64,000 nt of DNA from an uncultured delta proteobacterium (GTDB lineage: Bacteria > Desulfobacterota > Desulfomonilia > UBA1062). Every line of letters starts with the position of its first letter. Within the stretch, counting starts at the first letter, position 1. The position numbers and the translations under genes are program-made. The notes below the pieces were generated by a model. It was not told the DNA's origin and made no database searches. It worked only from the letters and a program-made list of their open reading frames with translations. The stretch is taken from the NCBI GenBank assembly GCA_963785235.1, contig CAWAUM010000010.1:84365-148364 (forward strand), written 5' to 3'. Shown piece after piece: positions 43,995-54,155 of this stretch.

Positions 43995-45389
43995 TCACCT
44001 TCCTGCTAGCGCCCGGTATCGATAGTACTCCATCATCCTCGCATACGCCCGCAGTGCCCTCTCCGGCGTCGGGTATACAGGGATTCCGTGTTCGTGCAGG
44101 GGCTTCAGCAGCTCGGCCTGGTCGATCTGGACGAACCCGGGATAGGCAATGGCCATGATATGTTTCTCCGTTTGCCCCTTTGCCCGGATGAGCCCTTGTA
44201 TATAGTCTGCGCTCATGTCGGTTGATGCCCCGCCTCCGAGCATGACCACGGCATCCACCCCCGGGTCAGCCAGGATAATTTCAAGTGCCTCCTGATAGAG
44301 CCTGAGGTCGAACGATGCGCTCAGCCCCACGTCGATGGGGTTTGCCCATGATGTCCCGGTGGGCGGGAGCAGAGCTTTGAGCCTGTGGATGCTCTCGTTG
44401 CAAAGGTCCGCCATAACAAGGCCGTTCCTCTCCACAGCATCGGCTGCGGACACCGCAGGACCGCCCGGTCCGGAGACGATGGCCACCCTGCCCTCTCCGC
44501 CTGGGCCCATATGATAGAAGGCCATGGCAAGGTCGCACATCTCCTCGATGTCGCACACATCCAGGATGTGAAACTGCCTGAAAAGGCTCCTCCACAACTC
44601 GCCCTGTCCGGTCAGCGCCCCGGTATGGGATGCGGCAGCCTTCGAACCGGCTTTTGTGAGCCCCACCTTCCACATGATCACGGGCTTTTCAGGTGTCGTT
44701 CGCCTTCAAGGCATCAAGCAGCCTGCCCATCTCGCGCACGCCCTCGCAGTAGGTGCAGATGACAGCGGTCTGCTCATCTTTGCCCATCCATGCCAGCAGG
44801 TCTGCCAGTTCGATGTCCGCACCGTTGCCGCTGCTTGCAACGTGGCTGAAGAAGAGCCCTTTGGCCGAACAGTAATTCACGAACAGGTTCACCAGTGAAC
44901 CGCTCTGGCTGATAAACCCCAGCTTCCCCACAGTCCTGGGCATGCCCGGAAAAGGGGCGATCCGCGAACCGGGAGAGTATATGCCCATGCAGTTGGGCCC
45001 CAGGATGCAAAACCCCCCCTCGTGCGCAATGCGCCTCATGCGCGCCTCGTCGTCGCGACCCGCAGTCGTCTCCCAGCTCGGAAAACCCCGAGGTGTAGAG
45101 GATCACGGCCTTGACCTGTTTTCTTGCGCATTGTGCCAGCACATCAAAGACCGTCTCTTTCGGCGACATGATGATGACCAGGTCCACCGCACCTGGCACC
45201 TCATGGAGGTTGGGGTATGCCTTGTAGCCGTCGATCTCGGTTGCACTCGGGTGGATAAGGTATATGGGCCCGACTGAAGCCCTGGTCGAGAAGCCCCAGG
45301 AAGAAGACCTTGCCCGCTTTGAGTCCCCGGGGGATGCCGTAGAGCGCTATGGATTCCGGAGAAAAAAGGCTTTGAATCGTGTCATGCAT
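43995..45389 (-). pseudogene. NDP-forming acyl-CoA synthetase (acetyl-CoA synthetase (ADP-forming) alpha-like), at least 3 frame breaks
   Basis: N-terminal CoA-binding fragment 45201..45389 (MHDTIQSLFSPESIALYG), then 44774..45199, 44689..45039 and the C-terminal ligase-CoA fragment 43995..44681. All collinear. Confidence 0.7.
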
Positions 45390-45542
45390 AACAACCCCCC
45401 GTTCACAGGAACTGGAACAATCCTGTCTGCACATATATGCTCTAAAGGAACATGCATGCACATAGTATCACCAGATCAGATGTGCATCAATGCATGGACA
45501 TGAAATGGTCAGGTTCTCTTCTCCGACAAAAAGGTGGCAGGT

Positions 45543-46850
45543 TTATTTTTCAGTCTTGGTCACCGGGAGTTTGAGCCTTCCCTTCAGAGAGAGCTGCCTT
45601 GCGCCATGCCGGTAGCTGATGTACTGGAAGGCCCAACGGATGAGGATAATAAGCCTGTTCTCAAAATTGATGAGCAGGAGAAGGTGGATAAATAACCAGA
45701 GAAGCCATGCGAAATATCCTCCAAAATGCCATCTGCCGATAGCTGCAACGGCAGAGTTGCGCCCTATGACTGCAAGGGTGCCCTTGTCAAAATATCGAAA
45801 CGGCCTGTGCCCGATCTTCCCAGCAAGACGGCCGATGATGATCCCGGCCACATATCGTCCTTGCTGGGTCGCCACCGGGGCAAGGCCCGGCAGCGGCGTG
45901 CCGCTTTTACCTGTGCAATGCGCCAGGTCTCCTATGACAAAGATCTCCGGATGAGCGGGCACGCTCAGGTCAGGGGCCACCATGACACGACCCGAAGGAT
46001 CTAGCGTAGCCCCTGTCTTTTCCGCCAGGTTCCGGCCAAGGGGGGAGGCCTTCACCCCTGTTGCCCACAACAAGGTCCTGGCAGGTAGACGCCGGGTGCT
46101 GCCCTTTCTGTTCAAGGTGATCCCTTTTTCATCCATATCCACAACCCTGGCGCCGGTCATGGGTTTTACACCTATACTGATGAGGGATTCTTCAGCCTTT
46201 CTGGAGAGATCTGCCGGATAGCCCGGCAGTATCCGATCAGCGGAATCGAGGATGATTATCTGCGACTCTTCCGGATGGATGGAGCGGAATTCATCCTTGA
46301 GGGTATTCTGTGCAATCTCGGCAATCATCCCTGAAAGCTCAATGCCGGTGGCTCCACCTCCTATGACAACAAAGGTGAGCCACTCTTTGCGTAGATCAGG
46401 GTCTGTTTCACGCTCTGCGACCTCGAAGGCATAGAAGATCCTGTTACGGATCTCGGCAGTGTCTTCAATAGTCTTCAGCCCAGGGGCAAACTGGGCCCAT
46501 TCATCATTTCCGAAATAGTGGTTTTCCATGCCGGCGGCTACAATCAGGGTGTCATACTCCATGGCACCATCTGCCAGGATGACCCGTTTGCCTTCTGGAT
46601 CAAAGTCCACAACCTCACCCAGGAGGACCTGGGTATTCTTCTGCTTCCTGAGAATATGCCGTAATGGAGCCGTGATCTCCGACGGACAGAGCAGCCCTGT
46701 TGCAACCTGGTAGAGAAGGGGTTGGAAAAGATGGTAATTCTGCTTGTCGATGATGGTTATTCTCCCAGGCAAATTACCCAGGGTACGCACTGCCGACAGG
46801 CCGCCGAACCCGCCGCCGATGATAACAACATGTTGTCCTGTGCATTCCAT
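45543..46850 (-). CDS. ndh: Type II NADH:quinone oxidoreductase-like FAD/NAD(P)-binding oxidoreductase with C-terminal membrane anchor
   Basis: VVIIGGGFGGL... and a second dinucleotide-binding motif; C-terminal hydrophobic helix; ribosome-binding site GGGGGAGG. Confidence 0.8.
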   Translation of the reverse strand: MECTGQHVVIIGGGFGGLSAVRTLGNLPGRITIIDKQNYHLFQPLLYQVATGLLCPSEITAPLRHILRKQKNTQVLLGEVVDFDPEGKRVILADGAMEYDTLIVAAGMENHYFGNDEWAQFAPGLKTIEDTAEIRNRIFYAFEVAERETDPDLRKEWLTFVVIGGGATGIELSGMIAEIAQNTLKDEFRSIHPEESQIIILDSADRILPGYPADLSRKAEESLISIGVKPMTGARVVDMDEKGITLNRKGSTRRLPARTLLWATGVKASPLGRNLAEKTGATLDPSGRVMVAPDLSVPAHPEIFVIGDLAHCTGKSGTPLPGLAPVATQQGRYVAGIIIGRLAGKIGHRPFRYFDKGTLAVIGRNSAVAAIGRWHFGGYFAWLLWLFIHLLLLINFENRLIILIRWAFQYISYRHGARQLSLKGRLKLPVTKTEK

Positions 46851-46989
46851 TGTCTTCTTCCTCCCCCTTTAGGCGAATGAAAATTGTGAAAATTGGGGAC
46901 GGGTTCATATTTCAAGAGTTTGGGGATAAGTTTGTGGTGTGCCCGTCCCCAATTTCCTCCAAGGGGTTTACCCCTGGAACCTCTCTTCA

Positions 46990-47178
46990 TTATTCAAGCA
47001 ATGTTTCAACCTTGAATTTCAGGGCTTTTTCATTTTTCTCATTAAATTCCTTGCCCTTTTTTTTGCTCATTTCCCGGATCTGATCGATCATTTCCTTGTA
47101 TGAATCAAAAACTACCGGGCCTTTGCTGTACTTATCATCTTCCAGAATATAGCGCGCCATGTTTACACCCCCTTTCAC
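46990..47178 (-). CDS. Small hypothetical protein
   Basis: 62-aa ORF, Lys/Glu-rich. Weak. Confidence 0.3.
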   Translation of the reverse strand: MKGGVNMARYILEDDKYSKGPVVFDSYKEMIDQIREMSKKKGKEFNEKNEKALKFKVETLLE

Positions 47179-47547
47179 TGTTTTACCTGTTCTCCCCCTT
47201 ATCGCAGACTACTTTTTGTGTTCCTGCACTGTGTTCTTCCCAAACCGTTAACGAGCCTCATAGGAATGTATCTGAGTCTCAACTATATCGAAGTAATTAT
47301 CTCTAAAGGTTGCAGGTCTTCTCTTTTTTCTCTCAAGGGAAGACCATCATGATGGTTGAGGGTTGCACACCAGTGCGTTCATAATACTATAAGCTGTTTC
47401 ACTTCTAAATCAATATCATCACATATTCTTGTCCCAACTCTTTAACAGAAAAAGGACAGTTTTTTTCGGCTTTTTCATATACTATGCCTCTATCTGCTTC
47501 TATCTTTTCCGGGCCTTCGGCATGGAATTAGACCTTTGCCCTGCCAT

Positions 47548-47781
47548 CTATTCGGTTTCAATAATAACGCCACATTCCTCACATTGATAGCGGGTCTTTT
47601 CATGATCTGCAGCCAGGACTTCCTCAAAGTCATCACGCTTAATGCCGTGTACTTCAAAACATTCCGGGCAATACCTTCCCTGCAGCTCATCGGCGGTAAT
47701 GGTCAGATGGCAATGCCGACAGCGCAACCTGTTTTTCTGTGGGGGTAGAAGGACCAGATGGAGATGTCTGCACGTTGTCAT
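47548..47781 (-). CDS. Cys-rich zinc-ribbon protein
   Basis: CxxC...CxxC pairs (CRHCH..., CPEC, CEEC). Confidence 0.4.
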   Translation of the reverse strand: MTTCRHLHLVLLPPQKNRLRCRHCHLTITADELQGRYCPECFEVHGIKRDDFEEVLAADHEKTRYQCEECGVIIETE

Positions 47782-48014
47782 ACGACAAGCCTTTAAAGAA
47801 TTAACCGCGGTGAAGCAAGTGTTCATTTATGAGGTAAGAGGGTGAAACAGAGTTCATATCCTGGTAATTGGGGGAACGGAGTCCTGGGGGACAGTAGCAA
47901 AGAATCAGGACAATGTTGAGTCCCCTCTTGAACCGAGCCTTCTGGCCGTTATTATTTCATCATGCTCGATTTGCCAATTTTATTGGCGCATAAACAGACT
48001 TTGAAGGAGGACCG

Positions 48015-48464
48015 ATGTTCTATTTTCAACTGCTGGATCTAATAAAAGACAATGCGAATGAGTTGACGAGGCGCTTGTGCAAAGACATACTCAGCATGGA
48101 GGAGACCAAAGGATACCGCAAGTTCTCCTATGAGGTCATGTATGAACGTGTCTTCGATGTGTACAACAAGCTCAGTTCCTGGTTAGGCACGGATGATCAC
48201 ACCACCGGCGAGATCAGGAAGGTATATACCGAGCTTGGAAGAAAGCGGTACCGTGAGGGCCTTCCTCTTAATGAAGTGGTCCTGGCATTCATGCTTATTA
48301 AAAGGCATCTCTGGGTCTTCATGCAGGAGAAGCAGTTCTTTGAAACCACTTATGAGTTCAGCCAGGCCCTTGAACTCAATAACAAGGTCGTCCTTTTCTT
48401 TGACAGGGTGATTTACTTTGTAACCATGGGCTATGAAGAGGAGCTTCTCAAGAATAAGGGGTAG
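48015..48464 (+). CDS. Hypothetical protein
   Basis: Ribosome-binding site GAAGGAGG precedes the ATG; 149 aa. Confidence 0.5.
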   Translation: MFYFQLLDLIKDNANELTRRLCKDILSMEETKGYRKFSYEVMYERVFDVYNKLSSWLGTDDHTTGEIRKVYTELGRKRYREGLPLNEVVLAFMLIKRHLWVFMQEKQFFETTYEFSQALELNNKVVLFFDRVIYFVTMGYEEELLKNKG

Positions 48465-48532
48465 CAACAGGCGAAGGGAAACCGGGATCGGAGCCGATTA
48501 TAATAAATCGACCCCGACCCTTTTTTTATACA

Positions 48533-49285
48533 TTGACACAAGACCCGAAACCCATATCTTTGATACCATGGATAACTGCTCAACTGTGGACCCACATGCT
48601 CTCTGAGCTCCTCACTTATTTCACGACGCCCTGTCCGCGGTATGTCCGCCGTATGGGTTATCTCTATGAGGCCATCGCCATGCGCGAAAGGCATCGGCGC
48701 CGCCGTGCCGACTGGCAGCAGCACATTGCCAGCACCAGGCGATGCGTCCTTTCCGTGGCTCGCAGTTGCCGGAACAGGGAAAGGGCCGTTGTCCTCGGGG
48801 CGGGCCTTTTACTGGATGTACCGCTCAATGAGCTTGCATCGATGTTCCGCGAGGTCGTCCTTGCAGACATCGTGTTCTTACCGGAAATACGCAGGCTTAT
48901 AAACAGCTATGGCAATGTCAAACTCCAGCAATGCGATGTGACGGGTATTGCGGAACTGCTTTTTCAAAACGTACAATGCGGCCGACAGGCCCTCCCTTCA
49001 GATACCGCGCCCGTACTTCCTGCGGTCGAAGCCGGCACGGGGTTGGTCGTTTCGCTGAACCTCCTCTCCCAGCTCTGTGTGATACCAGGCAGATTTGCTC
49101 TCAAACATATGCCCTTGCTCCATGAAAAATACCTCTCCGACTGGTGCGGACGGATTATGGCATTGCATTATGCAGCCATGGCATCGCTGCCGGGTGATGT
49201 ATGCCTCATTGCTGATCATGCATTTGCCAAATATGACAGGCAAGGGCACATCGCAGAAAGAGGTACCCGAAACCCATATCTTTGA
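48533..49285 (+). pseudogene. Upstream, C-terminally truncated copy of a tandemly duplicated gene of unknown function (Rossmann-like VVLGAG motif)
   Basis: Identical to the downstream copy for ~240 codons, then runs out of frame into the repeat junction (…ERGTRNPYL*). Confidence 0.6.
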
Positions 49286-50118
49286 TACCATGGATAACTG
49301 CTCAACTGTGGACCCACATGCTCTCTGAGCTCCTCACTTATTTCACGACGCCCTGTCCGCGGTATGTCCGCCGTATGGGTTATCTCTATGAGGCCATCGC
49401 CATGCGCGAAAGGCATCGGCGCCGCCGTGCGGACTGGCAGCAGCACATTGCCAGCACCAGGCGATGCGTCCTTTCCGTGGCTCGCAGTTGCCGGAACAGG
49501 GAAAGGGCCGTTGTCCTCGGGGCGGGCCTTTTACTGGATGTACCGCTCAATGAGCTTGCATCGATGTTCCGCGAGGTCGTCCTTGCAGACATCGTGTTCT
49601 TACCGGAAATACGCAGGCTTATAAACAGCTATGGCAATGTCAAACTCCAGCAATGCGATGTGACGGGTATTGCGGAACTGCTTTTTCAAAACGTACAATG
49701 CGGCCGACAGGCCCTCCCTTCAGATACCGCGCCCGTACTTCCTGCGGTCGAAGCCGGCACGGGGTTGGTCGTTTCGCTGAACCTCCTCTCCCAGCTCTGT
49801 GTGATACCAGGCAGATTTGCTCTCAAACATATGCCCTTGCTCCATGAAAAATACCTCTCCGACTGGTGCGGACGGATTACGGCATTGCATTATGCAGCCA
49901 TGGCATCGCTGCCGGGTGATGTATGCCTCATTGCTGATCATGCATTTGCCAAATATGACAGGCAAGGGCACATCGCAGAAAGAGGATCGACACTATACGG
50001 CCTGGACCTGCCGGAACCGGACGACTCCTGGACATGGATGGTTGCCCCTTTCGGAGAGGAATCGCAATACCTCTCCAAGGAACTTCATGTGGGTGCATGG
50101 TATATGCAAAGGGGATGA
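49282..50118 (+). CDS. Full-length copy of the duplicated gene of unknown function
   Basis: 278-aa ORF. Start is uncertain: TTG at 49282, first in-frame ATG at 49315. Confidence 0.55.
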   Translation: MIPWITAQLWTHMLSELLTYFTTPCPRYVRRMGYLYEAIAMRERHRRRRADWQQHIASTRRCVLSVARSCRNRERAVVLGAGLLLDVPLNELASMFREVVLADIVFLPEIRRLINSYGNVKLQQCDVTGIAELLFQNVQCGRQALPSDTAPVLPAVEAGTGLVVSLNLLSQLCVIPGRFALKHMPLLHEKYLSDWCGRITALHYAAMASLPGDVCLIADHAFAKYDRQGHIAERGSTLYGLDLPEPDDSWTWMVAPFGEESQYLSKELHVGAWYMQRG

Positions 50119-50215
50119 GGGGGTGCTTGCACAGTTCAAGACAAAGGGCTACAATCTTGTGCAGGCTTAAACGCAATGTCTTTTCATGGAGAAGATCCTA
50201 CTTAAGGGGGGCGTC

Positions 50216-51442
50216 ATGAAGATAAAAACCATAGAAATGTTTCATGTTTCCATCCCGCTGAAAGAAACCTTCTGGCCCACATGGATACCGGGCTATCCGC
50301 AGACGCACAACCGCTTTACCCTGATCAAGTTAACCACGGACGACGGCATCACCGGTTATTCTGCCGGTACGGCCATGGGCCATGAGCGCGAAGGCCTGGG
50401 CGACCTCATCGGCAGCTACCTCATGGGCGCAGACCCCACGGATATTGACCGTGTCCAGGGGCTGCTCAAACAGGCAGGCTTCCTTGGCTGGAGAAACTTC
50501 TGGATCGAGCCCGCATGCTGGGACATCATGGGAAAGAGTCAGGGTAAGCCCGTCTATGAGCTGTTGGGCGGGAGGGCGCGAGCCATAGATGTCTACCTTT
50601 CCACCGGAGAGATGCACGACCCTCACAGAAGGGTTGATGAACTCCTGGCCATGAAGGACCGTGGATTCAAGACCGCCAAGCTCAGGGTGAAGAATGTGAG
50701 CCTCCATGAGGACATCAGGCACATCGAGCTCGTGAGCAAAGGCCTCTCGGGCGCCATGAAGCTCGGGGTGGATGCGAACCAGGGCTGGCTCGTCACCATC
50801 GTGGACAAAATCCCTGCATGGGACCTTGCACGCGCCAAAAATTTCGCCGATGCATGCGCAGACTGCGGCATCGAATGGCTCGAAGAGCCCCTTGATTCCC
50901 GCGACTACGACGGCAATGCCGCGCTCAAAAAGATGTCGAAGGTGAAGATCTCGGGTGCCGAGATCAACTACGGGTGGGACGAGATCAAGATCATGTTGGA
51001 GAAGGACTGCTTTCACGTGTACCAGCCTGACGCCACCTTTGCCGGAGGAATTGCGCAGGTGAAGAAGGTCCTCGACGCGTGCAAGCTGAAAGATCGTCTC
51101 TTCAGCCCCCATACCTGGACCAACGGCATCGGTTTTTACATAAACTGGAACATGGTGCTTGCGGACAGAGAGAATGCGCTACCCCTGGAATACCCGCTCG
51201 AAGAGCCTTCATGGATCCCGGAGTTCCGGGAGGGGATCATCGAGCCCATCATCCCGGACAAGGAGGGCCGGCTGCAGCCCTTTACCAGGCCGGGACTCGG
51301 CTTTGAGATCAATGAGAGGCTCCTGAAGAAATACGGCCGGCGCTTTTTCAAGCTTACCGAAACCGGCCTCAAGTTCAAGGTGATCCGGGAAAAGGGCCTG
51401 AAGGCAGCGCTGAACCTCAAAAAGCGCAAGGAAGAGGGCTAA
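50216..51442 (+). CDS. Enolase-superfamily enzyme (mandelate racemase/muconate lactonising enzyme family)
   Basis: K-x-K, metal ligands (D...E...D) and a His/Lys dyad context; ribosome-binding site AAGGGGGG. Confidence 0.75.
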   Translation: MKIKTIEMFHVSIPLKETFWPTWIPGYPQTHNRFTLIKLTTDDGITGYSAGTAMGHEREGLGDLIGSYLMGADPTDIDRVQGLLKQAGFLGWRNFWIEPACWDIMGKSQGKPVYELLGGRARAIDVYLSTGEMHDPHRRVDELLAMKDRGFKTAKLRVKNVSLHEDIRHIELVSKGLSGAMKLGVDANQGWLVTIVDKIPAWDLARAKNFADACADCGIEWLEEPLDSRDYDGNAALKKMSKVKISGAEINYGWDEIKIMLEKDCFHVYQPDATFAGGIAQVKKVLDACKLKDRLFSPHTWTNGIGFYINWNMVLADRENALPLEYPLEEPSWIPEFREGIIEPIIPDKEGRLQPFTRPGLGFEINERLLKKYGRRFFKLTETGLKFKVIREKGLKAALNLKKRKEEG

Positions 51443-51781
51443 AAATGGGATCAAGATGTTAGGGCAGATTGCGACCTGATCCAACTTTTGCCCATCGATA
51501 CATAAAGAATGCAACAAAATCTGAACCGAAATCTCCCTTGAGAAATGCCCCTGCGCATTGACTTTCCTCAATATCCGATTATTTTATGCTGTGTATTTAA
51601 TGTTTCTCTTGGATTCCCGTGTAATTCAATTTCACACGTTATCGTTTGATATTTTTTGGGCTGGCGAGAAGGGCCTCCCTTCGCTTTTCACCAAGGTCAC
51701 ACCTGTGTGACGGCCTCAGAGAAAGGTGGTCCGGTCCCGGCATGCAATCCACAGTGGTACGCCGGGGAAAGGGGATTTACC

Positions 51782-52960
51782 ATGGGCGAACAGATAATGA
51801 TGATCCACGGGATGTGGGGAGGACCATGGGTATGGAACAACTACAAACAATTCTTCGAGTCAAAAGGGTATCGCTGCCTCACGCCCGCACTGCGGTTCCA
51901 TGATAAGGAATCAACGGATTTCTCGTATGACCAATTGGGTGAAACGAGCCTGCTGGATTATGCCAAAGACCTTGAGCATGAGATATGTCAGCTCCATGAG
52001 AAACCAATACTCATGGGGCACTCCATGGGCGGCCTTCTCGCCCAGATACTCGGGAGCCGCGGCCTGGCAAAGGCCCTTGTGCTCCTGACGCCTGCATCAC
52101 CGAGAGGGATCATGGCCCTGAAGCTATCCGTGATCAGGAGCTTCTGGAGCACCCTCACAAAACCGGGCTTCTGGAAAAAGCCCATGCTGCAGACCTTTGA
52201 TGAGGCGGTCTACTCCATGCTGCAGATGATGCCTGGTGAAGATCGTAAAGCACTGTACGATAAATTCGTTCCGGAATCAGGCCGGGCAGGCTTTGAGATC
52301 GGGTTCTGGCTGCTGGATGGAAATCGCGCCACTGAGGTCAATGAGTCCAGAGTCACCTGCCCCTGTCTGATAATCTCAGGGAAACTCGACAAGATTACCC
52401 CACCTTCGGTTGTCCGGAGCATGGCACACAAATACCGGACAGTATCCACGCTCAAGGAATTTACACACCATGCCCACTGGGTTCATGACGAACCAGGCTG
52501 GATCGAGATCGCCGAGTACTGCGCTGAATGGCTGGATCAGGTCCTCGTTACCATGTCCGAAAGACCCCTGCCAATCGCAATACCTCACGCAAGACCGGCG
52601 GACAGGGTAAAAAAGGCCGTATCGGGCTACACTCAGAAATGGAAACACACGAAGGGAGTGGAACACCGCACAGGCAGGAGGACAGAGATGAACCTGGTGG
52701 TCGATGCGAGCATCCCCTGCAGCGGTAATGCCCAGTACTATGAGCTCGGATATACCATGAATATCTGCCAAGGCGGGATATACCTGGATACTGTCGCACC
52801 CCTGGAAGAAGGCATGTATGTGAATGCGAACCTGCATACCGGGAAGGCAGAGAAACCCCTGTGGGTACAGGGCCGTGTGGTGAGAGCTGCAGGCAATGGC
52901 ATGGCTATGGCATTTTCCCATGTGGAGCCCGAGAGATTGAACCGGCTACTGCTCATATAG
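51782..52960 (+). CDS. Alpha/beta-hydrolase fused to a C-terminal PilZ-like domain
   Basis: GHSMGG nucleophile elbow in the N-terminal ~260 aa. The C-terminal ~110 aa carry RxxxR (RTGRR) and a D/NxSxxG-like motif (NICQGG). Confidence 0.6.
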   Translation: MGEQIMMIHGMWGGPWVWNNYKQFFESKGYRCLTPALRFHDKESTDFSYDQLGETSLLDYAKDLEHEICQLHEKPILMGHSMGGLLAQILGSRGLAKALVLLTPASPRGIMALKLSVIRSFWSTLTKPGFWKKPMLQTFDEAVYSMLQMMPGEDRKALYDKFVPESGRAGFEIGFWLLDGNRATEVNESRVTCPCLIISGKLDKITPPSVVRSMAHKYRTVSTLKEFTHHAHWVHDEPGWIEIAEYCAEWLDQVLVTMSERPLPIAIPHARPADRVKKAVSGYTQKWKHTKGVEHRTGRRTEMNLVVDASIPCSGNAQYYELGYTMNICQGGIYLDTVAPLEEGMYVNANLHTGKAEKPLWVQGRVVRAAGNGMAMAFSHVEPERLNRLLLI

Positions 52961-53071
52961 CTCAAGGGTGAAAGGGGACATCTTCTTCGTGTAGAAATCC
53001 AATCTGCACCCTTTTCGGACTGAACAACCTCTTCGGTGGTCTCATGCAGGCATTCTTTTTTGTAGTTCCTG

Positions 53072-53407
53072 TTATTTCACCATCACGAGCAGCATCTTGA
53101 ACCTGGATACGGCCTTCAGTGCATGCGGCTTATGGGCCGGCATGATTATCATCTCTCCTGCCTGGACTGTATGCGGTGTGCCTTCAATAGCGACCTCGGC
53201 CGTGCCTTCCAGGACATGAACCAGGGCGTCGAAGGGTGCAGTATGCTCACTGAGGCCTTCACCCTCGTCAAAGGCAAAGACCGTCACCGTGCCCGCAGCT
53301 TTCTTGATGATCTCCCTGCTCACAATGGATTGGACCTGGTATGCGGCAAGGTCTTTCAGGTTCATGGCCTTTGCCAGGAGCTCTTTCTTCACACCCTGTT
53401 CTTCCAT
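53072..53407 (-). CDS. Cupin-domain protein
   Basis: Two-His cupin motif (HTAPFDALVHVLEG ... PHAL). Confidence 0.7.
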   Translation of the reverse strand: MEEQGVKKELLAKAMNLKDLAAYQVQSIVSREIIKKAAGTVTVFAFDEGEGLSEHTAPFDALVHVLEGTAEVAIEGTPHTVQAGEMIIMPAHKPHALKAVSRFKMLLVMVK

Positions 53408-53428
53408 GTCGTTTCATCCTTTCTTGGT

Positions 53429-53965
53429 TCAATCTAGAGAAGCTGCCAGTAATGCTTCCAGATCCGCATGATCACCTGCAAACATGTTGCGGTGCTGGAA
53501 AATGAGTTCATTGCCGGGGCCCAGGACAAAGACTCCTCCCTGCTGCCAGAGATCGCCGTCCGTGCGTCCCTGTCGGAAACCATTTTTCATGGCCCGGATG
53601 CCTTGGATCAAGGATGCAGGGCCCAGTGTTTTCAAGAGACCGCGTTGAAGCCTGAAGGCCCTGTACGCACTGAGGTCCTGGTTCACATACATCTCGCCGG
53701 TAAAATGGAGCTTTTTGACGAAATGCACCGCACCACCGGGACTGCCGCTCCCGATGGCTACCAATGCTATTCCGGCCCCCTCCAGTTTTCCCTTGATACC
53801 CATGAGGGCAGCAGCCTGCTGCCGTGCAAACATTCAGCCGAAATGGCGGAGGAAGGCAAGCACGATGCGCCTCTCCTCCCACAGTGACTCGAGGGCTACT
53901 TCCCTTTCCTTAAGAGACTGCACCGTTACACCTGCGACAAGTGGCTTCAGTTCCTCATACGTCAT
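53429..53965 (-). CDS. Peroxiredoxin-like 2 (AhpC/TSA-like, PRXL2 family) candidate selenoprotein; in-frame TGA at 53834..53836 read as Sec
   Basis: A 43-codon ORF (MTYEELKPLVAGVTVQSLKEREVALESLWEERRIVLAFLRHFG) and the 134-codon ORF (MFARQQAAAL...) are in the same frame, separated only by TGA. The joined 178-aa product matches the PRXL2 family end to end, with TGA at the first Cys of CxxC. Strong ribosome-binding site AGGAGGGG before ATG 53965. A hairpin starts 11 nt 3' of the UGA. Confidence 0.7.
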
Positions 53966-54155
53966 TTACCCCTCCTGTATCCCGTATATCTTATAAAGTG
54001 GATGTCTCCTTTTGCAAGCCACACCTGGCAATGCTCTTTAAATAAATGACACCGAAGTTGCTTTTTGCATATATCGCATTATTAATAAAGAATCCCAAAA
54101 TATAATTCCTTGAAACTGCTCCTGAGACCAAGACCCAACCTGAGGAGGACAAAAG

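Noticed and set aside
48542-49985. Tandem duplication as an IS element or transposon
   Set aside because: No terminal inverted repeats and no transposase. Both copies are the same coding sequence head-to-tail.
53429-53836. Treating MFARQQ… (134 aa) as the complete Prx-like gene starting at ATG 53833
   Set aside because: That would delete the conserved N-terminal ~45 residues including the redox motif, and there is no ribosome-binding site before that ATG. The upstream same-frame ORF with a strong ribosome-binding site, plus UGA at the Cys position, is the better model (see findings).
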